IMG/VR virus record: IMGVR_UViG_3300020442_000015
Span: 35,496 to 99,495 of that record
DNA: 64,000 nt
Reading direction: 5' to 3' (one strand)
DNA from: a virus
The position numbers and the translations under genes were made by a program. Shown in pieces: positions 18,860-25,892 of the stretch; within the stretch, counting starts at the first letter, position 1, and each line of letters begins with the position of its first letter. The notes below the pieces were generated by a model. That model saw only the letters and a list, made by a program, of their open reading frames with translations, was not told where the DNA came from and did no database searches.

Positions 18860-19065
18860 TGACAATGACCACTGCAACTTTCCCCATCCTGAGTAAAATG
18901 ATCCACTCCAAAAGAATGATCCTCGACGTGATCGCAGAGAACCCACAAACTCACACATTGGACCGTACTCAAAAGTTTATGGTCTTCTGCAACGTTTGTG
19001 ATAATTTGTTGGATGAAGGTAGGATAACAAAAGCAAACCATAAAAGGTGGACCGAGATCGTGTGA
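18856..19065 (+). CDS. Small hypothetical protein (putative early)
   Basis: Coupled ORF; 'FCNVCDNLLDEGRIT'. Confidence 0.65.
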   Translation: MMTMTTATFPILSKMIHSKRMILDVIAENPQTHTLDRTQKFMVFCNVCDNLLDEGRITKANHKRWTEIV

Positions 19066-19135
19066 CAGTCGGCAAGGTGCCCACTATTGCCCCACAGCAC
19101 CCCAAAATCGTGTATATTAAGAGAGTCAAAGGAAC
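19062..19135 (+). promoter_or_regulatory. Promoter cassette copy 4
   Basis: GTGACA-N9-GTGCCCAC ... AAAATCGTGTATATTAAGAGAGTCAAAGGAAC. Confidence 0.75.
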
Positions 19136-19147
19136 GCACTGAACCAA

Positions 19148-19414
19148 ATGCAAGTCACCAACAACAACTGCATCGTTGATTATTTCCCCGAGGCATTTGT
19201 TGCTGAGGCAGATCCTATCAAAGGGATGCGAGTTACAATCAAACGTTTTGTCCGTCGTGTCACTTTCCGTGCTAATGGTATGAAATCATACAGCACGATT
19301 CTTCACATCGAAGCGAAGCACGATTGGCAGTCTCGTATTGCTAACGGTGCTGAGGTTACTGGTTACAACACCGACAAATTGCCTTCCTCTGAGTATATGC
19401 CACTGTACTGCTGA
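19148..19414 (+). CDS. Hypothetical protein (putative early)
   Basis: 88-aa ORF after the cassette. Confidence 0.7.
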   Translation: MQVTNNNCIVDYFPEAFVAEADPIKGMRVTIKRFVRRVTFRANGMKSYSTILHIEAKHDWQSRIANGAEVTGYNTDKLPSSEYMPLYC

Positions 19415-19459
19415 TTATGTCAATCCTCTTTTATTCTGTCCTCTTCATTATTACTCACC

Positions 19460-19657
19460 GTGACTTCTAAATTCTACACAAAAGCGCAAGTTCTTCAACA
19501 ATTCCGCTACAACTGGAAAGTTGCTTGTATGTCATCACCACGTTTGCGCGGAGATGTTATCGCAAAGCGCGAATCGTGGAGCAACTTTACTGATATGCTC
19601 TGCAAATGCAATGAAATTAGTATGAATCAGTACGAAAGTTGGACCAACCCGTTCTGA
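19460..19657 (+). CDS. Small hypothetical protein (putative early)
   Basis: 'TKAQVLQQFRYNW...WSNFTDMLCK...WTNPF'. Confidence 0.65.
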   Translation: MTSKFYTKAQVLQQFRYNWKVACMSSPRLRGDVIAKRESWSNFTDMLCKCNEISMNQYESWTNPF

Positions 19658-19658
19658 T

Positions 19659-19715
19659 ATGACAATCGCAGAGGTGTCCACTATCTTCACACAGGGCACC
19701 AATCTGCGTTAATAT
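19659..19715 (+). promoter_or_regulatory. Promoter cassette copy 5
   Basis: TGACA-N9-GTGTCCAC ... TAATAT. Confidence 0.65.
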
Positions 19716-19736
19716 ACATACATCGACAAAAGACCA

Positions 19737-20240
19737 ATGACTGTGACTCTCACTCCCGAACAACGTTATCAACAACTGTTTGAGCAGATGTATGAACTCT
19801 GCGACCAACAGTCTTGGGGAGATCCTTTCTCTTACGCTCGTTCTCGTGAGATTCACTTAGCAGGCGTCTTGGGTCACACTATTGCTGACGATTATAGTGG
19901 TGCTGATGCATACGATGAGGATGGTCCTTGTGAGTATAAATCAACAATCGGTAAAAATCTCACCGCTACATATAACGGTATCTCCGTTCAACCAACTTGG
20001 AAAGATCAAGTCAATTATCTTATCAATGACAAGATCGGTAAGTATAAGAACCACTATTTCGCACGTTATCACCTTGGCAAGATCGTTGAGGTTTACAAAC
20101 TTTCTGCCGATGATGTGCTTGCTATTCTTATACCTAACCTCAAGCGTCAGTACGAGAATCCCAGCAACCGCAAAGATCCTCGTCTCGGATATACTATCTC
20201 CAACAGGTATATCAAAGCAAATGGAACACGAATCGTCTGA
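19737..20240 (+). CDS. PD-(D/E)xK endonuclease, PvuII-like
   Basis: 'SGADAYDEDGPCEYKS' catalytic motif; size and C-terminal 'FARY...IVEVYKL...YIKANGTRIV' parallel PvuII as recalled. Confidence 0.65.
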   Translation: MTVTLTPEQRYQQLFEQMYELCDQQSWGDPFSYARSREIHLAGVLGHTIADDYSGADAYDEDGPCEYKSTIGKNLTATYNGISVQPTWKDQVNYLINDKIGKYKNHYFARYHLGKIVEVYKLSADDVLAILIPNLKRQYENPSNRKDPRLGYTISNRYIKANGTRIV

Positions 20241-20289
20241 AGATTTCACCATCTCTTCAATCACTGAAACCAACGATTACACTGAAACA

Positions 20290-20466
20290 ATGCAACAATC
20301 CATTGATCTCCTCGGTGAACACTATATGGAGCAGATTTCACGACACGTTGAGAACAACGACCGCGACAGTGCTGATGCCATCTTCAAAGAATTTGTTGTC
20401 GATGGTATAGATCCAGAGGACGGATCTTACGAGTGGTTGTTTCTTGATGAAATCACAGTCTCCTGA
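20290..20466 (+). CDS. Small acidic hypothetical protein
   Basis: 3' part of the 19882 ORF; start at 20290 (or 20221). Confidence 0.55.
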   Translation: MQQSIDLLGEHYMEQISRHVENNDRDSADAIFKEFVVDGIDPEDGSYEWLFLDEITVS

Positions 20467-20489
20467 GCAAACTTTCATTATTCTGACCA

Positions 20490-20807
20490 ATGAACATCCA
20501 ACTGACTAACATCCAACGCGACGAGTTGATTGTCAACGCGGTTGACCAAATTGTGGAGGATATGGACATTGACGCTCTTCAACAGTTTGTGAAAGAAACT
20601 CTCGCGGAGGGTTATAGTCAATGCGGTGATCTTGAGTTGCTTGATACTGTGCTCCTAAATGTGTGTCACGACAATGTAGACGAGTTTGAAGAATTGACTG
20701 AAGATGTACTCACTGAAGAACAACTCAATGTTTACATCGACGACAATAATCAAGGCGTCTGGGTTGACACTAAAGAAGAACCAAGCGAGGCAACGGGATG
20801 GCAGTGA
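20490..20807 (+). CDS. Acidic hypothetical protein
   Basis: 105 aa, strongly D/E-rich. Confidence 0.7.
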   Translation: MNIQLTNIQRDELIVNAVDQIVEDMDIDALQQFVKETLAEGYSQCGDLELLDTVLLNVCHDNVDEFEELTEDVLTEEQLNVYIDDNNQGVWVDTKEEPSEATGWQ

Positions 20808-20882
20808 CACTTTGAGAATTGGTTTTCCCGTTTTGTATCACCACGAACTACCGCGCCCCAGGATCTGTGCAATCATACTGGT

Positions 20883-21071
20883 ATGAACAAAACAAACAAC
20901 GTGCTTCTCTTCTCTGACTCCAACCTGACTGAACTTCAGGATTTTATGTTTGACACGATGCTCCCTGCTGATGATTGTGTTGATTGGTTCTGCGATCGTT
21001 TCGATGTTAGTGCAACCGATGACGTGATTGATTTCGTTGTTGATGCTCACTTTGCTTTCCACGGAGAATAA
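20883..21071 (+). CDS. Small acidic hypothetical protein
   Basis: 62 aa, D-rich. Confidence 0.65.
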   Translation: MNKTNNVLLFSDSNLTELQDFMFDTMLPADDCVDWFCDRFDVSATDDVIDFVVDAHFAFHGE

Positions 21072-21140
21072 TTATGAACGACATTTTTTCTGACATTCAA
21101 GACCAACTAAATTCACTCTCAATCTACAAAAGACCAAATT

Positions 21141-21305
21141 ATGATGTTCACAACTCCCAACGGAAAGCAACACTACTTCCCCGACCAACTTACCCCGTCC
21201 GAAGCAACAAAGCGGATGCAACGTGAAGAGCGTTGGTGTCAAGAACACCGCGACGAATTAGAGCGTGATTCTCAAGAACTTTTCGATCAAATGTTTGGAG
21301 GTTGA
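21141..21305 (+). CDS. Small hypothetical protein (54 aa)
   Basis: MMFTTPNGKQHYFP...QELFDQMFGG; its 3' end supplies the GGAGG RBS of the next gene. Confidence 0.55.
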   Translation: MMFTTPNGKQHYFPDQLTPSEATKRMQREERWCQEHRDELERDSQELFDQMFGG

Positions 21306-21523
21306 TGACAATGAGCGACAACATCAAGGACGTAACGAATTCACCTAAAGACTGGGAGGATTTTTGGCATTCACCTGAAAAATATGGGTCTTGGGATTAC
21401 CTAGACTCAGAATCTGAGGGTCTCGATGTTCCTAACCCTCACAACATTGATTCTGCTTATGTGCAAGACATTATTGCAGGTAAGGAAGTATTTCGACGCA
21501 AACAATCGCCCCTCAATGATTGA
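21305..21523 (+). CDS. Small hypothetical protein
   Basis: 'KDVTNSPKDWEDFW'. Confidence 0.6.
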   Translation: MTMSDNIKDVTNSPKDWEDFWHSPEKYGSWDYLDSESEGLDVPNPHNIDSAYVQDIIAGKEVFRRKQSPLND

Positions 21524-21813
21524 TGTTTTATTGCACCGCATTTGGTAATGTTCCCGAAGCAAAGTACCCAGCAACTGTATGGAATCACCGCAGCGAACAT
21601 AACACCAAAGAGGAGGCAATTCGCTCAGGTGACTTATCAATGGTTGAACCAACAACGATCGGATATGTTATCACTGAGGTCGATGATGTGCGTGGAGTTT
21701 GGATCATTGTAGATGAGAAGAATGCAGGAGGGATGCAATACCAATGGGTTGAAGATGGCAAGATTCAGATCACTAAATCTACAGCATATCCGCTCCATTA
21801 CTATCAAGAATAA
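21520..21813 (+). CDS. Hypothetical protein
   Basis: 97-aa coupled ORF. Confidence 0.65.
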   Translation: MMFYCTAFGNVPEAKYPATVWNHRSEHNTKEEAIRSGDLSMVEPTTIGYVITEVDDVRGVWIIVDEKNAGGMQYQWVEDGKIQITKSTAYPLHYYQE

Positions 21814-21882
21814 ACCAGTTGACGAAGTGGCACAATACGATGGCACAGCGTCCTAAAATCGTGTATATTAAAAGAGTCAAAG
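21813..21882 (+). promoter_or_regulatory. Promoter cassette copy 6
   Basis: AACCA-N9-GTGGCAC ... AAAATCGTGTATATTAAAAGAGTCAAAG. Confidence 0.7.
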
Positions 21883-21895
21883 AAATCACACCAAA

Positions 21896-22219
21896 ATGCG
21901 TAAGATCGAAACCCAAATGAATGCCGCTCTCGCTAACAGCAAGAACTGGACATCTGGCAACACTTCTGTTCACTACAACGAAGAAAACAACACCTCTGTT
22001 GTTCGTCTTCACGGTAACAAAATTGCTGTCTTGGGTGATGACTTCCTTGAGATCTTTGATGGCGGTTGGCAAACAACAACCACCAAATCTCGTCTCAATG
22101 CTATCATCAACTGCTTCTGCAATGGCGTGACTGATGGTGTTTTTCAAAAGAACTATGAGTGGTTCGTTCGTGACAACAATGTCGTGAAAGAATTCACCAA
22201 CGGTTACATCTTTGCCTGA
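21896..22219 (+). CDS. Conserved-type phage hypothetical protein
   Basis: 'MRKIETQM...VRLHGNKIA...GGWQTTTTKSRLNAI'. Confidence 0.75.
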   Translation: MRKIETQMNAALANSKNWTSGNTSVHYNEENNTSVVRLHGNKIAVLGDDFLEIFDGGWQTTTTKSRLNAIINCFCNGVTDGVFQKNYEWFVRDNNVVKEFTNGYIFA

Positions 22220-22300
22220 TTTCTTCAGAGGGTTTATATAATTGTATCTCCATCCGCGAGATCTCCCCTCTCTCTTTTTTTCCTCATCTCACTATCACAA

Positions 22301-22432
22301 ATGCGCCTCGCACTTACTGCCATTGTTGTTCTCCTCGGTGCTAATCTTGTTGTCGATTTACTTGACAGCAATCTGTCTGACGTTATCAACAATCGCCGTG
22401 AAACTATTGAGCGCCAGATCAATCAATTATGA
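22301..22432 (+). CDS. Small membrane/secreted protein (43 aa)
   Basis: MRLALTAIVVLLGANLVV... hydrophobic N-terminus. Confidence 0.55.
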   Translation: MRLALTAIVVLLGANLVVDLLDSNLSDVINNRRETIERQINQL

Positions 22433-22461
22433 TTGACAATTAACTCTAAATAAGTTACACT
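22433..22461 (+). promoter_or_regulatory. Sigma70-like promoter (TTGACA-N17-TACACT) with an internal late motif CTAAATA
   Basis: Seen directly. Confidence 0.7.
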
Positions 22462-22462
22462 T

Positions 22463-22489
22463 AGGGGATCAAATTGATCTCCTTTTTTA
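22463..22489 (+). terminator. Rho-independent terminator
   Basis: AGGGGATCA-aat-TGATCTCCT followed by a T-tract. Confidence 0.65.
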
Positions 22490-22508
22490 TTGTCGTTATT
22501 GCTCCATT

Positions 22509-23153
22509 ATGCCTAACTTATCGGACAATTTTGAGTCGATTGCAACAACTAACGTCTACGGCGTGTTTCTGACACCTATTGGCGTATATCGCAACCCAGA
22601 CCATAAAGAACATAAGCAACTAATTCTTGACTATATTCGGTCAATGAATCCCGAAGATGTGAACGTCTCGCCCCGTTCTGATATTAACACTGGTATCAAG
22701 CAATTAGGCGGGATGAATATACTTTCGACCCCAGAGTTAGCACCAATCAGAGAGACCATCTCTAAGGCGGTTCTAGAGGTCAATGACGGAGGATTAGCAT
22801 ATGATATGCAACAACCAGTCTTCACAGATTCTGTTCTTGAGTTAGCAGATAAGGGATCATTCTACGCGCCCCACGAGTATTCCAATACTGTCTATAGTGG
22901 CGTCTATTATGTTAATTTCGATCACGATCAACATAGTCAACTAAAGTGGAAAAGATGCATCGGTTCGCCTTTCTATCCGATCGTACAAATGCCACAAACT
23001 AAGATCACTGCTTTCAATCAATTAGATACACAAATCCCCACAGAAGAAGGAGACATTGTTATCTTCCCCTCTAATCTTTCCCACGGGTATGAATCAAACA
23101 CTCACGGGAATAGAATTACTTTGTCCTTTAATGTTGCCCCTTGGTCAGAATGA
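22509..23153 (+). CDS. 2OG-Fe(II) oxygenase (TIGR02466-like)
   Basis: 'APHEYSN..YSGVYY', 'EGDIVIFPSNLSHG', 'RITLSFN'. Confidence 0.85.
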   Translation: MPNLSDNFESIATTNVYGVFLTPIGVYRNPDHKEHKQLILDYIRSMNPEDVNVSPRSDINTGIKQLGGMNILSTPELAPIRETISKAVLEVNDGGLAYDMQQPVFTDSVLELADKGSFYAPHEYSNTVYSGVYYVNFDHDQHSQLKWKRCIGSPFYPIVQMPQTKITAFNQLDTQIPTEEGDIVIFPSNLSHGYESNTHGNRITLSFNVAPWSE

Positions 23154-23485
23154 ATCCTTTTACTAAAATCAACGAAAATACCTACCAAGATATGGCAGGA
23201 GTGTTATACAAACCTATCCCACAATACGAAGATTATTTTGTATCAAGTGATGGAGAGATCTATTCAACTAAGTGGGGTAAATGGAAACGCCTTAAAGTTC
23301 ATCTAAATGAAAACGGTTATAGAAGAGTAACCCTCAGACAAGAGGGGCGGACAGTAGTAAGAAGATGCGCCAGATTGACCGCTCTTGCTTTTCATCCTGC
23401 GGACTCTAATCATACCAACGTTTTTCACATCGACGGAGACAAAGTGAACGACCATTATACTAACTTAAGATGGGGACAAGAGTAA
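23150..23485 (+). CDS. NUMOD4/HNH homing-endonuclease-like protein (short)
   Basis: 'KPIPQYEDYFVSSDGEIYS', 'RLTALAF', 'HIDGDKVNDHYTNLRW'. Confidence 0.75.
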   Translation: MNPFTKINENTYQDMAGVLYKPIPQYEDYFVSSDGEIYSTKWGKWKRLKVHLNENGYRRVTLRQEGRTVVRRCARLTALAFHPADSNHTNVFHIDGDKVNDHYTNLRWGQE

Positions 23486-23488
23486 TAG

Positions 23489-23533
23489 TTTTCCACAATG
23501 TTTTCCACAAAAGGTATCAATCTCTGTGGAAAA
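23489..23533. repeat. Three TTTTCCACA 9-mers (cyanobacterial DnaA-box consensus)
   Basis: 23489-23497 (+), 23501-23509 (+), 23525-23533 (-); followed by an AT-rich tract. Confidence 0.75.
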
Positions 23534-23668
23534 TAAATGGTTAAATAAATATACTCTCGAATTTTATCTTTCGCCTTAAATGTACGGAACTGATGTGACC
23601 TTAGACTCTACTCTATCGCGAGACAGTTGTCAACACTCAGAGGACGGAAGAGAAATTGACACAAACCA

Positions 23669-23697
23669 TTGACATTTTCGGAGGTTTTCCTTATAGT
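23669..23697 (+). promoter_or_regulatory. Sigma70-like promoter TTGACA-N17-TATAGT
   Basis: Near-consensus with 17-nt spacing. Confidence 0.75.
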
Positions 23698-23738
23698 TCC
23701 TAAGTAGTCCAGTTCTGCACATTATTGCCGACAATCTG

Positions 23739-23933
23739 ATGGGTCGCACTTACAAACGCAATGACACGTATAGGTCAAATAGACCGAAATCTTTGAGGGA
23801 AAAACGATCAACAAGAACCCGCACTAAGTATGATCAATTCAATGACACATACAAGGGTGAACAACACAATCGAACAAACAGTAAGCAACAACTAGACAAC
23901 AATGATTTCGACGGAGATGTATTCAATGGTTGA
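23739..23933 (+). CDS. Small basic protein
   Basis: K/R-rich N-terminal half (MGRTYKRN...). Confidence 0.65.
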   Translation: MGRTYKRNDTYRSNRPKSLREKRSTRTRTKYDQFNDTYKGEQHNRTNSKQQLDNNDFDGDVFNG

Positions 23934-24072
23934 CCCTAATGAGTATCAACAACTAGACAACGATTGGATAGATGAATTCCTCGAAGATGACTCGGATGAT
24001 GTCTTTGAAGATCTCGAATTTGATGATCAATCAGGGGGAGATATTGACATCGATTACACTACACAAGAATGA
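23926..24072 (+). CDS. Small hyperacidic protein (48 aa)
   Basis: GGAG RBS; 20 of 48 residues are D/E, no K/R; overlaps both neighbours. Confidence 0.6.
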   Translation: MVDPNEYQQLDNDWIDEFLEDDSDDVFEDLEFDDQSGGDIDIDYTTQE

Positions 24073-24257
24073 AACGATTTGAGTTCTTATGTGAACTAAT
24101 GGAGGCACAATCTCTGCCTCCTTCGGAGTTAGTGGAGTGGGCACAATTTGTGCTTGACACTGAGATCGAACCGTGGTACACTAAGTATCATAAACTATTA
24201 GATTATTGCGTCTCGGAGGGTATGTGCTACCACGTGCAATCCTCTGAGGGTTATTGA
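24069..24257 (+). CDS. Small hypothetical protein
   Basis: ATGA overlap. Confidence 0.65.
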   Translation: MKRFEFLCELMEAQSLPPSELVEWAQFVLDTEIEPWYTKYHKLLDYCVSEGMCYHVQSSEGY

Positions 24258-24375
24258 CATTTTTCGCATATTAAAAAGGGACCCGCTCTGCAACCTACAA
24301 CAGTATAGGGTCGCATATATTATCGAAAACGCATTTATGGGTCCCCCCATATACAAAATTTTTTTCTGGTAAAAA

Positions 24376-24801
24376 ATGACCAAAAGAGTCCGTTTAGCAT
24401 TTGAGGAAGAGTATTCTGAGTTCCTCGGAAGGGAGTGGGGAGGACAACGAGGAGGTGGGTGTTTCCGCCTGCTGTATGACGTTGGAATCGCTCTGGGCAT
24501 CCACGAGTGTAAGGAAGACTATTCATTCAACCACCGAGCGTTCCTGAGGGACCTCTGGGAGGACGAAGGATGGGAGGTGTTCAGGGAATCAGAGATGGGT
24601 GAGCAGTTCGACCTCGGAGATTTGAAAAAATGGGATGTGTTGCTGATGAACCTCGGCAGCAATCGGTTAAATCACGGGGCACTGTACTTAGGGGATGGTT
24701 ATATCTTACATCACAAAGCATTCGATATTAGTCGCGTGGAAAAAGTTCAAACATACATAGCTTCAACAATGTATGTTATTAGGAAACGGGATGTCTCGTA
24801 G
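24376..24801 (+). CDS. NlpC/P60-family peptidase-like protein
   Basis: 'GCFRLL' (catalytic Cys), 'DVLLM', 'LNHGALYLGDGYILHH'. Confidence 0.8.
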   Translation: MTKRVRLAFEEEYSEFLGREWGGQRGGGCFRLLYDVGIALGIHECKEDYSFNHRAFLRDLWEDEGWEVFRESEMGEQFDLGDLKKWDVLLMNLGSNRLNHGALYLGDGYILHHKAFDISRVEKVQTYIASTMYVIRKRDVS

Positions 24802-24952
24802 ATTTATTCTTACGATTGACGAAGATGACCACGGCGATCTCTTTGTCACACTACCCGATGAGTTAACAGAAGAACTTGGATGGCTCATTGGGGATACACT
24901 ACAATACCAAGTCGATGATGAAACCCTTGTTGTAACTAAACTGGATGAATAA
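24791..24952 (+). CDS. AbrB/MazE/SpoVT-like DNA-binding protein (53 aa)
   Basis: 'GDLFVTLPDELTEELGWLIGDTLQY...LVVTK'. Confidence 0.7.
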   Translation: MSRRFILTIDEDDHGDLFVTLPDELTEELGWLIGDTLQYQVDDETLVVTKLDE

Positions 24953-25115
24953 ACTGACATTAGACCAGAAGAAACTGATCTTTGATGCTGTTCGTTACTA
25001 TCAGATGAATGCGATTGGACCTTTTAAGGAAAGACGCTATAATGAATGCGACAAGATTCTACAGCAACTTGAATCCTCCAGGAAGTTTTATGAAAAAGGC
25101 GAGTGCGACATCTAA
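24945..25115 (+). CDS. Small hypothetical protein (56 aa)
   Basis: MNKLTLDQKKLIFDAVRYYQ...; tiles with its neighbours. Confidence 0.6.
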   Translation: MNKLTLDQKKLIFDAVRYYQMNAIGPFKERRYNECDKILQQLESSRKFYEKGECDI

Positions 25116-25296
25116 GTGGGAGATCTCTCTCACTGATGAAGAGCGTAAACTTATCTGCAACTCAGGTAAGTGGGCTCTTATTTACAAGGCAGATGTTTGT
25201 GGTGGCAAGGAACTGGAGAAGGTACAAGCATTATGGCGTTCTATTCGTGAAAAACTAGGAGAGTATGATGACAGTCCCTTCGTTGGAGGTAATTGA
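25090..25296 (+). CDS. Small hypothetical protein
   Basis: AGGA RBS before ATG 25090. Confidence 0.55.
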   Translation: MKKASATSKWEISLTDEERKLICNSGKWALIYKADVCGGKELEKVQALWRSIREKLGEYDDSPFVGGN

Positions 25297-25816
25297 CAAT
25301 TTCTTGCCTGAAGATTTGTTCTACAAGATGCAAGAACAGATTTGTGGAGATCAATGTTTTCCTTGGTATCTGAATCACGCGAAGGTGATGCACGTTGCTC
25401 GTGCATTTGATCCAGAACTACAAGCGAAGGAATTATACAACTGGCAAATGGTGCACAAGTTCTATGAGTTAGGTAGACCACAATCCCAGGAGTGGGAATA
25501 CATCTTACCTCTCATTAACTACTTGCGACCTCGTGCCTTAATACGGATCAAAGGAAATTTGAACCATCACACGGATAGTATGATAGAGTATGACTATCAC
25601 ACAGACTGTGGAGAGTATGGTATGAACGACTTTGAGGGGGCAACCACTGCGGTGTTCTATCTGAATACCTGCGATGGTTATACCTTCTTCAAGGACGGTA
25701 CGAAGGTGAACTCGGTAGAGAACCGACTTGTTCGTTTCCCTGTTGATACACCACACGCTGGCACATCTACAACTGACCAGAAGTTTCGTTTTGTCCTAAA
25801 TTTGAATTATTTCTGA
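25265..25816 (+). CDS. 2OG-Fe(II) oxygenase
   Basis: 'VIDNFL', YHTD, 'FYLNTCDGYT', 'ENRLVRF...PHAG', 'RFVLNLNY'. Confidence 0.9.
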   Translation: MMTVPSLEVIDNFLPEDLFYKMQEQICGDQCFPWYLNHAKVMHVARAFDPELQAKELYNWQMVHKFYELGRPQSQEWEYILPLINYLRPRALIRIKGNLNHHTDSMIEYDYHTDCGEYGMNDFEGATTAVFYLNTCDGYTFFKDGTKVNSVENRLVRFPVDTPHAGTSTTDQKFRFVLNLNYF

Positions 25817-25892
25817 TATATAAGGGGAAGTAAAACGGTTCTAGGGGCACCCCCCGCGAGCGTTTTCCCTATACTAATACATTAAACATACT

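Noticed and set aside
19882-20289. 5' extension of the 194-aa ORF
   Set aside because: Overlaps the better-supported nuclease gene; only the acidic 3' part looks coding.
14376-21882. Repeated elements as a CRISPR array
   Set aside because: Copies are degenerate, hundreds to thousands of bases apart, and separated by genes; no cas genes.
22227-22283. Hairpin plus pyrimidine tract as an ncRNA
   Set aside because: Imperfect stem, most simply a weak terminator; too little support.
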